Origin: Planctomycetota bacterium
Lineage (GTDB): Bacteria; Planctomycetota; GCA-002687715; CAIWVZ01
DNA length: 64,000 bases
Reading direction: 5' to 3'
Assembly: GCA_044222185.1 (NCBI GenBank)
Contig: JBGANV010000002.1
Span: 608,001-672,000 of the forward strand
This document shows positions 1 to 9,106 of this stretch, one piece after another; within the stretch, counting starts at the first letter, position 1, and every line of letters begins with the position of its first letter. The notes beneath the pieces are model-generated. The model ran no database searches. It saw only the letters and a list, made by a program, of their open reading frames with translations, and was not told the origin of the DNA. The position numbers were made by a program, and so were the translations under genes.

Positions 1-2
1 TG

Positions 3-839
3 TTCTTCCACGGGGCGTATCGGCCCTCCGAGCTGCCGCGGATCCTGGCGAACCTGGACATCCTCGTCGTGCCGTCGCTCTGGTGGGAGTCGTTCTGCCT
101 GACGATTCGGGAGGGCATGCTCGCCGGGCTTCCCGTGATCGCGTCCGACCTGGGCGCCATGCGCGAGGCGCTGGATGGGGAACGCGATGGTCTGCTCTTC
201 CACGCCGGCGACGCACAGGATCTGGCTGAACGACTCACCGACGTCATCCAGGACGATCATCTGCGCGAGCGGTTGTCGAACCGCGGATCGAACGTGAAGA
301 CGATCGAACAGTATGCGGCGGAGATCCTGCCGTTGTATGAACGGGCCATGGCCGTGTCGGGAGAACGCGCGGGGACCTTGGTCGTCGCACCGCCGTCATT
401 CCCCAAGCCGGTCATGCCCGCGGCCGACGCCGCGACGACGTCACCGGCGCCTGCGGCGAGGCCCGCACCGACACCGGCTCCGAAGTCCGTCGATCCGCCG
501 GTCGCGAGTCCCCCGCCCACGCCGGAAAAGCCGGCGGCGCACCAACAGCCTCCGCCCCCCGCGCCGGCTCCACGCCTTCCGCGCGAGGGCGATCGACCCC
601 ACCCCGCGCCGCCCCAGCGTCCAGCGTCGGCGCCGCCGCCCCGAGGTTCGGCACCGCCCCGTCCTCACGCTCCGCCCCCGCCACCCATGCCGTTCATTCC
701 GCGGACGCCTCCGCCGGACACGGAAGACGCCCACGACGCGCCGCCCGCGGGTACGTCACCCACGTCCGCGCCGCGACGCAAGCAGCGCCGCAGTCGGCGT
801 TCGCGCCGTAGTGCCGATCGCCGAAGCCCGGGTCGGTGA
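3..839 (+). CDS. Glycosyltransferase family 4 (5'-truncated by window) with long Pro-rich C-terminal tail
   Basis: Frame is open from base 3 (FFHGAYRPSELPRILANLDILVVPSLWWESFCLTIREGMLAGLPVIASDLG), containing the GT-B E-x7-E motif. It is followed by a ~150-aa Pro-rich and then Arg-rich tail. Confidence 0.85.
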   Translation, partial: FFHGAYRPSELPRILANLDILVVPSLWWESFCLTIREGMLAGLPVIASDLGAMREALDGERDGLLFHAGDAQDLAERLTDVIQDDHLRERLSNRGSNVKTIEQYAAEILPLYERAMAVSGERAGTLVVAPPSFPKPVMPAADAATTSPAPAARPAPTPAPKSVDPPVASPPPTPEKPAAHQQPPPPAPAPRLPREGDRPHPAPPQRPASAPPPRGSAPPRPHAPPPPPMPFIPRTPPPDTEDAHDAPPAGTSPTSAPRRKQRRSRRSRRSADRRSPGR

Positions 840-1842
840 TACCCTCTCCGCCGTGTTCCTGAGTGCCGGTTCCGATCGAAAGCCCGACGTCACGGTCTTC
901 ATCCCGACCTGGAACGGCGGCGAACTGTTCGAAGAGGTCCTTCGCGAGATCACGGCGCAGGAGACGGACTTCGGCTTCGAGGTGCTGGCCATCGACAGCG
1001 GCTCCCGCGACCAGACCCTCGAGCGGCTCGCGCGCCATCGGGTTCGGGTGATCCAGATCCCGAACACCGAGTTCAACCACGGGCTCACGCGCAATCGCGC
1101 GGTGCAGGAGGCCCGAGGCGAGATCGTCGTGCTCACCGTGCAGGACGCGACCCCCGCCGATCGGACGTGGCTCGCGGCGATGGTGGAGCACTTTCGCGAC
1201 CCGCAGGTCGTCGGCGTCTACTGCCATCAGATCCCGCGGCCGGATTGCAGTCCATTCCTCCGCGAGCGGTTGAAGACCTGGGTCCCCGGCGGGGGAGCAC
1301 CGAGCGTGCGATCCGTGGAGTCGCCGGATGCGTTCTGGGCCCTTCACCCGACGGAGCGCTGGCTCCGCGCCGCGTTCGACAACGTCGCATCCGCCGTGCG
1401 GCGGTCGTTCGCGCTCGAACACCCGTTTCAGCGGCGCCAGTTCGGGGAGGACGTCACGTGGTGCAAGGGGGCGATCCTCGCGGGCGGCAAGGTCGTGATG
1501 GATCCACGGGTCGCCGTGATCCACTCGCACCAGAACTCGATCTGGTACGAGTTCAAACGCGCCTACCTGGATCACCAGAACATCAACGATCTGTTTGGAA
1601 CTCGCCTGGCACCCAAACTGCGCAACGTGTTCGAGTACACGGCGACGGCGACACGCCACCTTTGGAAGGTCGTGGCGGCCGATGACACGCTGACGCCGTC
1701 GGCGCGCCTGAAGTGGTGGTCGAAGGTGATCCCGTTCGCATTCACCCAGAACCTCGGGCAGTACCTCGGACCTCTGTCGAACGAGCATGGCCGGCGGGGG
1801 CCGTGGCGTCTGTGGGACCGCATCATGCGGCATCACGTCTGA
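811..1842 (+). CDS. Glycosyltransferase family 2 (rhamnosyltransferase-like)
   Basis: VTVFIPTWNGG, IDSGSRD, FNHGLTRN, TVQDA, FGEDVTW and VIHSH motifs. The start is uncertain (GTG at 811 or 853). Confidence 0.85.
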   Translation: MPIAEARVGDTLSAVFLSAGSDRKPDVTVFIPTWNGGELFEEVLREITAQETDFGFEVLAIDSGSRDQTLERLARHRVRVIQIPNTEFNHGLTRNRAVQEARGEIVVLTVQDATPADRTWLAAMVEHFRDPQVVGVYCHQIPRPDCSPFLRERLKTWVPGGGAPSVRSVESPDAFWALHPTERWLRAAFDNVASAVRRSFALEHPFQRRQFGEDVTWCKGAILAGGKVVMDPRVAVIHSHQNSIWYEFKRAYLDHQNINDLFGTRLAPKLRNVFEYTATATRHLWKVVAADDTLTPSARLKWWSKVIPFAFTQNLGQYLGPLSNEHGRRGPWRLWDRIMRHHV

Positions 1843-1853
1843 GGGTGGCTGCG

Positions 1854-2969
1854 ATGGACCGGAAACTGCGCATCGCGGTACTCAACCAGCGTGAGGGTGG
1901 CGGAGCGACGGCCGTCGCCCTCGATCTCGCCGCGCAGGCTCGCGAGGCGGGCCACGACGTCGCCTACCTGCCGGGGGCGGAGGCGCTCGACGACCAGGGT
2001 CTCGCGCGCGCCGTCGTCGCGTTTGCTCCGGATCTGGTGCACGCGCACTGCTTCTACAACGCCTGGTCGCCGGAGATCCTGCGATCGTTGTCGCGTTTCT
2101 ACCCCGTCGTGTTCACCGTCCACGACGTCTATCCGGCGAACCAGTACGGGACCGAATGCTGGGAATGCTCGCACAACCGCTTCTGCGTCTGGTGCCCGGC
2201 GTTGCCGGTCCCGAAGCGGCTCTACTCCGTCTACCGCGTGCGCAGCCGACTGAGACGCGATCGAGCCTGGAAGGGCCTGCGGGCGAACGTCGTCTTTCCG
2301 AGTCGATGGATCCGCGCGCGGCTGGCTCAGACCACGCTCGGGCGCCTGCCGGGTCAGGTCGTGCCCTATGGAGTCGACACGCAGCGCTTCGCTCCCGATC
2401 CGGGCGCCAAGGCCGCGCTGCGATGCGACACGCGTCCGGTGATCCTCACCGTCGGCAACATGTACAGCGCCGACGACGATCGGAAGGGATTCGCGGTCCT
2501 GTTTCGCGCCTTCGCCGAGGGCGTACGGTCCGTCGTTCCCGAGGCTCGGCTGGTGGTCCTCGGGAAGGTCCTCGGGTTCGATCCACCGGACGGGTGCGAG
2601 CTGCGCGGCGAGGCGTCGAGCGCTGACGTCGCGCTGTGGCACGCCGCGGCAGATGTTTTCGTGCTTCCATCGCTCGGCGACAACCTGCCGGTCGCGGTCC
2701 TCGAGGCCATGGCTTCCGGAGCCCCGGTGGTGGCGTCCGGCGTCGGGGGAATCCCCGAGGAGGTCGCCCACGAAACGACGGGATTGATCGTTCCGCCCCG
2801 TGATCCGGTCGCCCTGGCCGGCGCCATCGTTCGGCTCCTGCGTGAACCTGACTCCCGACGCAGGATGGGCGCCGCAGGTCGATCACGAGCCGAGGGTGAA
2901 TTCTCTCGCGCGCGGGCGTGGGACACTCACGCCAGGGTGTACGCTTCGGTCGCAGGAGCCCCACCGTGA
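1854..2969 (+). CDS. Glycosyltransferase family 4
   Basis: GGGA N-terminal motif, VFTVHD, RKG, and FVLPSLGDNLPVAVLEAMASGAPVVASGVGGIPE. Confidence 0.9.
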   Translation: MDRKLRIAVLNQREGGGATAVALDLAAQAREAGHDVAYLPGAEALDDQGLARAVVAFAPDLVHAHCFYNAWSPEILRSLSRFYPVVFTVHDVYPANQYGTECWECSHNRFCVWCPALPVPKRLYSVYRVRSRLRRDRAWKGLRANVVFPSRWIRARLAQTTLGRLPGQVVPYGVDTQRFAPDPGAKAALRCDTRPVILTVGNMYSADDDRKGFAVLFRAFAEGVRSVVPEARLVVLGKVLGFDPPDGCELRGEASSADVALWHAAADVFVLPSLGDNLPVAVLEAMASGAPVVASGVGGIPEEVAHETTGLIVPPRDPVALAGAIVRLLREPDSRRRMGAAGRSRAEGEFSRARAWDTHARVYASVAGAPP

Positions 2970-3994
2970 CCGTGCACCTCGGATATGTCATCGGCGCCGC
3001 AGACGAACTCACACTCGTTGGGATCGAAGTTCGGGCTCTGCAGGAGCTTGGCGGGCGCGTCACGCTGTTCGACGCAGCGCGGGCGCAGATCGCCAGCGAC
3101 CTCAAAGCCGCGGAGGTGAACTACCTCTTCGGCGATGCGGCGGCTGCCGAGGTGCTGATGGCGGTGTCCGCCGTCGTCGAGTTGCCGTTTTCCATCAGCT
3201 TGAACCCGCGCTCCGTGTCCGCGTTGATCACGGAGCCCGCGCGACTCGTGCGGATTGCCGAGGCCGCCCAGAGCGTCATCGTCGTCACGGAGCACGATCG
3301 CGAGCGGTTGTCCGCGGCACTTCCACCCGAGGCGTCGTCCCTCGAGACGAAGATCGTCCACGTGCCGTTCGGCGTCACCACGCCCACGGACGAGGAGATC
3401 GTCCCCATCGGCAGGCGCCAGGGGATCGCGGGCCTCGGTGGATTCGTGGGCCAGGAGGGCCGCGTCCTCGAACTGCAATGCCTCGCCGGTCTGCTGAAGG
3501 CCGGCGTGGACGCCACCATGGACGTGCTCGCGCCCGCCGACGAGTGGGGCTCGGTGCGAGAGCTCTGCGGGCGTCACGACATGACGCATCGCGTGACGCT
3601 CCACAGCCGGCCCGCCGAGATGGTGGCGCTCCTCGGACAGCGGCGGATCGGGCTCGTGCCCGGTTTCCCGGATGGGACGGCACCGTCGGTCGGGTTCCTG
3701 CGACCTGTGGGCCAGGCCCTTGCCGTGGGGACTCCGCTCGTGGCCGTGGGTTCGGCGTGGGTCTCCGATCTCGTGATGCACGGCGCCGAGGGCTACGTCG
3801 CGCCGCGCCATCACGCCGATGCCGAAGCCCTCGCGCCGGCCATGCGACGGCTGATGCGCGACGACGTGCTTTGGAATCGCTTCTCCGAAGCCGGCCGTCG
3901 CCGCGCGGCACAGCGCTTCGATCTGCACCGCCGGGCGGAGGTCCTCATGGGACTGTTCGGCGGCCGACCTCATTCCGACGCGGGCCTGCGCTGA
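2966..3994 (+). CDS. GT4-like glycosyltransferase, divergent
   Basis: GTGA overlap with the upstream stop. GT-B-like C-terminus (ALAVGTPLVA...SDLVMHGAEGYVAP...EAGRRRAAQRFDL), but the acidic E-x7-E residues are missing. Confidence 0.65.
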   Translation: MTVHLGYVIGAADELTLVGIEVRALQELGGRVTLFDAARAQIASDLKAAEVNYLFGDAAAAEVLMAVSAVVELPFSISLNPRSVSALITEPARLVRIAEAAQSVIVVTEHDRERLSAALPPEASSLETKIVHVPFGVTTPTDEEIVPIGRRQGIAGLGGFVGQEGRVLELQCLAGLLKAGVDATMDVLAPADEWGSVRELCGRHDMTHRVTLHSRPAEMVALLGQRRIGLVPGFPDGTAPSVGFLRPVGQALAVGTPLVAVGSAWVSDLVMHGAEGYVAPRHHADAEALAPAMRRLMRDDVLWNRFSEAGRRRAAQRFDLHRRAEVLMGLFGGRPHSDAGLR

Positions 3995-4000
3995 CCGGGC

Positions 4001-4030
4001 GACCCGCCGCGCGGCGATGCGCGGCGGGTC
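4001..4030. terminator. Hairpin between convergent genes (probable bidirectional terminator)
   Basis: Perfect 12-bp stem: GACCCGCCGCGC-ggcgat-GCGCGGCGGGTC. No U-tract. Confidence 0.55.
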
Positions 4031-4040
4031 CGCTGTCCGA

Positions 4041-7000
4041 TCAGAGCGTTTCGATTCGCGGCCAGCCGAGCTTGAACCCGCCTGGTGCCGTCGCGTCGAG
4101 GTAGGCCACCTGCATCGTGAACGTGACGTTCAACGGCGCCGAAGGCCTCACGAATCCGGGTAGCGTGAACTTCCCCGTCGGCGGATTCGTCAGCGGGTTG
4201 CTTCCCAGGATCGCCGCGGGGTTCGGCGGGCCGAACACCCCGATGCCGTCGAGGATCGGAAGCGTCGCTCCAGGAGTGCCGACGCCGAGCACGAGGTTCG
4301 CCGTGAGATCGGGCCAGTGGAAGACGGGCGCCGGAGCGGCGAAGTCGACGATCAGTGCGAACGGCGCTCCCACGGGCCCACCTTCGATCACCGCCGCGTA
4401 GGACTCGTTCGGCAGCGGGTCGAGGGGGTAGCGGATGACCGTTCCCACGTTGTTGCCGCCAGGGCCCACGGGCACGGCGAACGTGTTGGAGACGGCGAAG
4501 TGCCCGTTTTCGACGACCAACGCGACGGCGCCAGCGCCCCGAGTCTCGGGCACGCCAGGTCCGACCTGGCAGGTCAGGTGCGCCGAGTCGATGAACGTCG
4601 TGGGAAGCGTGGCGATGCCCGCATGGACCACGGACGACGGCAGGAACGCGAGTCCGGTGATCGACAGGGTGACGGGCGGCGAAGCGAGCGTCATCACGGG
4701 GAGCGTCGTCGGAGTCGCCGCCGTGATCCGCGGCGCCGTCACGTCGAACGACGACGCTGCCGACGTCCCGCCACCGGGGGCAGGCGCCGTCACCGTGATC
4801 GCGCCCGTTCCCGGAACGGCGAGCTGGCTGGCCGAGATCGTGACGACGAGGTGGAGCGAATTCACCATGAGCGTGGGGATCGGGGCTCCATTCCACCTGG
4901 CGACGGCGCCGGGGAAGACGGGAGTGGTTCCGTCCATGAAGATGTCCACGTTCGTCGCGGGGCCACCTGCGATCGTCCCCGACGGCGAGACCATCGCGAG
5001 GATCGGTACGGCCGCATTCACCGTGAACGTGGACGTGGACGAGATGCCGCCGCCCGGCGCGGGGTTCTGCACGCGGATCGAGTGGACGCCCGGAGATGCG
5101 AGGAGCGAGGCGGGAAGCGTCAACGTGATCGCCGTCGGCGTGACGGACGTCACGGCGAGGGACGTCGTGACGTCCCAACGCACGTCGCTGAACGCGTTGA
5201 ACCCCGAACCCGCGAGCGTGATGGTCGTCGCGCCCGCGTTCGCCAGGACGGACGTTGGCGTGACGCTCGTGAGCGACGGCGCCGGATTGGCGACGGGCGT
5301 GACGGAGACGGTCGCCGTCGTGCCGGACACCGTGAATCCCGTGCCGCGCCGAACGACGATGGCATGCCACCCGGCCTGGAGCGGAACGCTCGACTGCGTC
5401 CCGAAGCCCGCCGAGAGATCGGCCTGCGCCAGCGGTCGCCAGGCCGCGGACGCGCCCGGCCGGAAGAGGCTCCATGCGAAGCCGCTCGGCCCGGTGACGC
5501 CGAGGTCGTAGGGACCCGGAGTCGTGACGTTGAACTCGAACGTGTACACGGCGGGGAACGGCGAAAGGGTCGCGCTCGACGGCGTGCCCGGCGTCATCGT
5601 GATGACGTTCGACTCGTGCAGCGTGCCGCTCATGGACCCGAGGATGCCCGTGCCCTGGAGGATGCCGTTCGTGGGGGCGATCGTTCCGAGATGGCCGTTC
5701 GCGACGAGGACCGACGTCCCCGCGCCGACGAACGACTGCGCGGCGCCCATGGAGACGCCCCATCCGCCGGCGGTGATGCCGTTGCCCGAGTAGATGCCGA
5801 CGGCGTTCCAGCGCGACGCCGACGGAACCATGGAGAAGGTGTAGGCCGGGGAGTTCACGGCGACCGACGCGCCGGGACCGGCGAGCGTCAGGTGCGACGA
5901 CGACGCGAGCGCCGCCAGGCTGTACGGGAGATCGGTCGTCGACGGCGGCCCGTCATGGACGATGGCGATGGCGTAGGCGCCGGGCTGCAACGTGATCGTC
6001 GTCCCCGCGTCGCCGACGATGCCGCTCGCGATCGCCTGGTTGCGACCGATCCAACCCGCCGTCGTTCCCGGTGCGAAGATGAACCACTTCAGCGAGGGGT
6101 CGCCCGTGATGAGGAAGTCCTCGGTGAGAGGCACGAACGTGATCACTTCGTGCATCTTGATGACGTGACCCGCGGGCAGGGTCGTGACGACGAGGCCACC
6201 GTTTCCGAGCTGCACGGCCGGGGCGAACTCGATCGTTCCGGGGGCCGCGCCGCCCTGACGCACGGCGGTGCCGGTGGTCGGGAAGACGGCGCCGTTGTGG
6301 CCGTTGGCCACGCCAAACTCGGTGATCACCCCCTGGTTCACGCCGCCCGTCGAGCCCAGAAGCAGGCTCCAATCGTTCTGGCCAGCCAAGGCGACGCCAT
6401 TCCAGAACGATGCCGTGGGGGTGAGGACGAAATCCTGGAACTGACCCGCGATCGTCTGCGGTGTGTTGGCCGGCAGTGCGAGCGTCGTCCCCGTCGGAAC
6501 GACCGTCAGTGCGATGTTCGACGGCGTGACGGACGCCGCGTCACCGTCGCGATAGACGATGATGCAGTAGAACCCCGGACTGAGCGGGAACGTAGGCACG
6601 GTGCCGGTGTTGGCCGAACCGGCGGAGATCAGGCTCGTGGTGCGTTGCCACCACCCGGTGCCAGCGCCCGGGCTGTAGAGATGCCAGCTGAGCGACGGAT
6701 CGCCCGTCATCGTGATGTCGTAGTTGCCCGGGGTCGTCACCTGGAACTCGAAGGCGCGGAGGATGTCCCCGTTGGTCCAGGGTTGAACGGCCGTCTGACC
6801 GATCGTGATGGGCGTGGCGCTGCGGAACTGTGCGTGAGCCGTCGCCGAGCCGCTGAAGCGGTGCAGGCTTCCCGAGATCGGCGGCACCGTGCCCACGTGG
6901 CCGTTCGCGAGGAGGAAGTCACAGGTGTTGCCGCCGAACGCCGAGCCGACGTTCTCGCGGAAGATGTCCCAGTCGCTCTGCGACGAGACGCCCACGACGT

Positions 7001-8180
7001 TCCACTTCCCGGCGACGGGTGCGCAGCTGTAGATCGTGTCTGAGCACGTCACGAGCGGCGTGCCGCCATCCACGAGGAAGACGCCCGCGCAGCCACCGAC
7101 GGCGTTGATGGCAGACATGAGGGAGCCGTTGTTGAACGACGTCCCGCGGTTGCTCGTGAAGAAGGAGCAGGCGCCCGTGGTGTGGATGCCCGCGGTGAGG
7201 CTCGTCCCGTTGATGATCAGCGGGCCGCCCGAGGCTCCGTGGTCCGAATCGGCGTTGTGCAGGATGAGATGCGAGCCCACGGTCGGGAGACTCGCGCCGT
7301 CGGCCGACGTCTGCTGGACGTTGTTCCGCTCGGGCGTCGGTGACGTGTCGTTGCCGTACCCCGTCAGTCGCGCCGTGAAGAACTGGGGGATCGTCGGGAT
7401 GATGTCGAACCAGCCGTTGAACAACGCCATGTTCGTGCCCGCCGTGTTGGGATGAAGTCGTCCCACGGCCCAGTCGTCGCCATCGCCGCCCGCGTTGAAC
7501 TGCGTGACCGTATCGTCGCCGGGGAACTGGTCGAGGATGCCCGGGTGCAAGATCGATCCGCCAGGGGTCGACAGCGGCACGTTGATCTCGCCGACGACGC
7601 TCACGTTCGTGAGACCGTCGAAGCAGTGCCCTGCCGTGAGATAGGTGGCGTGATCGTTGATGAGCCACCCCGTGCAGATGAACGAGCCCTGGCTCGAGGC
7701 GATCATCAGCCGGCAGACGCGGTTGTCGAAACTCAACACGCGGTCATCCGAGCCGCAGACGTTCTCCGGGAGGAGCGGCGCCGCCTGCACCTGAGCCGAG
7801 TCGATCGAGACGGTTCCCTGCGAGTGCGCGCCCAATTCGAGGGCCACGTTCACTACGTTGCCGTTGAACCACCCTGTCGAGTTCCGCCATTCCTTGAGGC
7901 GGCGCTGATCGAGCCGGTGGACCTGCCCGTCGAGGGGGTTCATCACGACGATGGCGTCGTGCACGCCGGCCAGTTCGGCCGCATCGAAGTGGAGCCGGAG
8001 CGACGTCGCCCCGGGAACCTGGACGGTCTCGGTCCAAACGGTCGTCGGGGTTTCAGCCGCGTTCGAGCGGGCGCCGCTGGCGATCGAGATCGGCGCGACG
8101 AATGAGTTGACGACGGCCTGCCCGAGGAGCCCATGGCTCACGAGCAGCGCCGAAAGAACGAATCGAGTTCCGGTCTTCAT
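4041..8180 (-). CDS. Large secreted S1 (trypsin-like) serine protease with internal repeats and IPT/TIG-like domains
   Basis: GGAGG RBS before ATG 8180 and a signal peptide (MKTGTRFVLSALLV). Catalytic-triad motifs TAGHC, DWAVGRL and GASGGP. The segments PSLTSVTPTSVLA...ITLAGSGF are IPT/TIG-like. Confidence 0.85.
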   Translation of the reverse strand: MKTGTRFVLSALLVSHGLLGQAVVNSFVAPISIASGARSNAAETPTTVWTETVQVPGATSLRLHFDAAELAGVHDAIVVMNPLDGQVHRLDQRRLKEWRNSTGWFNGNVVNVALELGAHSQGTVSIDSAQVQAAPLLPENVCGSDDRVLSFDNRVCRLMIASSQGSFICTGWLINDHATYLTAGHCFDGLTNVSVVGEINVPLSTPGGSILHPGILDQFPGDDTVTQFNAGGDGDDWAVGRLHPNTAGTNMALFNGWFDIIPTIPQFFTARLTGYGNDTSPTPERNNVQQTSADGASLPTVGSHLILHNADSDHGASGGPLIINGTSLTAGIHTTGACSFFTSNRGTSFNNGSLMSAINAVGGCAGVFLVDGGTPLVTCSDTIYSCAPVAGKWNVVGVSSQSDWDIFRENVGSAFGGNTCDFLLANGHVGTVPPISGSLHRFSGSATAHAQFRSATPITIGQTAVQPWTNGDILRAFEFQVTTPGNYDITMTGDPSLSWHLYSPGAGTGWWQRTTSLISAGSANTGTVPTFPLSPGFYCIIVYRDGDAASVTPSNIALTVVPTGTTLALPANTPQTIAGQFQDFVLTPTASFWNGVALAGQNDWSLLLGSTGGVNQGVITEFGVANGHNGAVFPTTGTAVRQGGAAPGTIEFAPAVQLGNGGLVVTTLPAGHVIKMHEVITFVPLTEDFLITGDPSLKWFIFAPGTTAGWIGRNQAIASGIVGDAGTTITLQPGAYAIAIVHDGPPSTTDLPYSLAALASSSHLTLAGPGASVAVNSPAYTFSMVPSASRWNAVGIYSGNGITAGGWGVSMGAAQSFVGAGTSVLVANGHLGTIAPTNGILQGTGILGSMSGTLHESNVITMTPGTPSSATLSPFPAVYTFEFNVTTPGPYDLGVTGPSGFAWSLFRPGASAAWRPLAQADLSAGFGTQSSVPLQAGWHAIVVRRGTGFTVSGTTATVSVTPVANPAPSLTSVTPTSVLANAGATTITLAGSGFNAFSDVRWDVTTSLAVTSVTPTAITLTLPASLLASPGVHSIRVQNPAPGGGISSTSTFTVNAAVPILAMVSPSGTIAGGPATNVDIFMDGTTPVFPGAVARWNGAPIPTLMVNSLHLVVTISASQLAVPGTGAITVTAPAPGGGTSAASSFDVTAPRITAATPTTLPVMTLASPPVTLSITGLAFLPSSVVHAGIATLPTTFIDSAHLTCQVGPGVPETRGAGAVALVVENGHFAVSNTFAVPVGPGGNNVGTVIRYPLDPLPNESYAAVIEGGPVGAPFALIVDFAAPAPVFHWPDLTANLVLGVGTPGATLPILDGIGVFGPPNPAAILGSNPLTNPPTGKFTLPGFVRPSAPLNVTFTMQVAYLDATAPGGFKLGWPRIETL

Positions 8181-8440
8181 GAGTTCACCTCCGCACGGGG
8201 TTCCCGTGCTCGATGAAGCAGGAACTGCAACGGGTGCGACCCGAGGACAGGCCTGTCTCGCGGATTCGGGTAAAGACGGAATCGAAAAGAGGTTAGGGGC
8301 CTGCGTAAGAGGTCTGCGCTTCCGCCGACGGCCGGCCAACGAGTTGAGTTTTTGCGCCGTCGGGGACGCGTTCACGGGCGATGCCCCGTGGTCCTGCGGA
8401 CACTTGCCCGGCCGCCACGGGTCGACCTACGATCGCCGCC

Positions 8441-9082
8441 GTGACCCCCCCGCTGCCCGCAACCTCCTGGGACCCAGCCGCCACGTCGATCCACGTTCAA
8501 CGTGCGCATCGCGGCGAGATGGAGAGTCTTGCCTGGGTGATCTCGCGGTTCTCGCCGCTCCTGCGGCTGCAGGCGTCCTTCCGCGTGCGGGGACCGCTCG
8601 CACGGCTCTATGATCCGGAGGACGTCGTGGACGAGGTCTGGGTCCGATCGCTCCCGCACATCGCCACGCTCACTCCGCGCGATGGGCGTCTCACCCCCGT
8701 GCTGCTGCGCTTCCTCGGCACGACCCTGCTCCGGCTCGTCAACGAACTGATGCGCAAGCACGTTCGCGGAAAGCCGCGGCTGATGGAGCCGACGTCGGAC
8801 GTGTCCGAGCCGCTGAACCGTCTGCCAGCCGACGTGACCGAGGCCTCCGAGCGCGCGCGGCGCGGCGAAGTCGCGCTCGCGATCGATCGCGCCGTCACGT
8901 CGCTCTCGGAGAGCGCTCGCGAGGTGTTCGTGCTCCGCGGGATCGAGCAGTTCTCCAACCAGGAGGTTGCCCGGCGGCTCGGCGAGTCCGAGAAGGCCGT
9001 CAGCATGCGGTACTCGCGAGCGCTCGACGCACTCCGCGAGACGCTTCCCCAATCCCTCGTCGACGAGCTGGCCGAAGTCTGA
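8441..9082 (+). CDS. ECF-type RNA polymerase sigma-70 factor
   Basis: Region 2 (RAHRGEMESLAWVISRF...YDPEDVVDEVW) and region 4 HTH (LSESAREVFVLRGIEQFSNQEVARRLGESEKAVSMRYSRA). The start is approximate. Confidence 0.85.
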   Translation: MTPPLPATSWDPAATSIHVQRAHRGEMESLAWVISRFSPLLRLQASFRVRGPLARLYDPEDVVDEVWVRSLPHIATLTPRDGRLTPVLLRFLGTTLLRLVNELMRKHVRGKPRLMEPTSDVSEPLNRLPADVTEASERARRGEVALAIDRAVTSLSESAREVFVLRGIEQFSNQEVARRLGESEKAVSMRYSRALDALRETLPQSLVDELAEV

Positions 9083-9106
9083 CGCCCTTCGCGGGGCGCC
9101 CGCAGA

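Noticed and set aside
8280-8300. ECF promoter-like AAC...CGTC upstream of the protease (minus strand)
   Set aside because: The 13-nt spacing is shorter than typical ECF promoters, and no matching motif was seen upstream of the other candidate targets.
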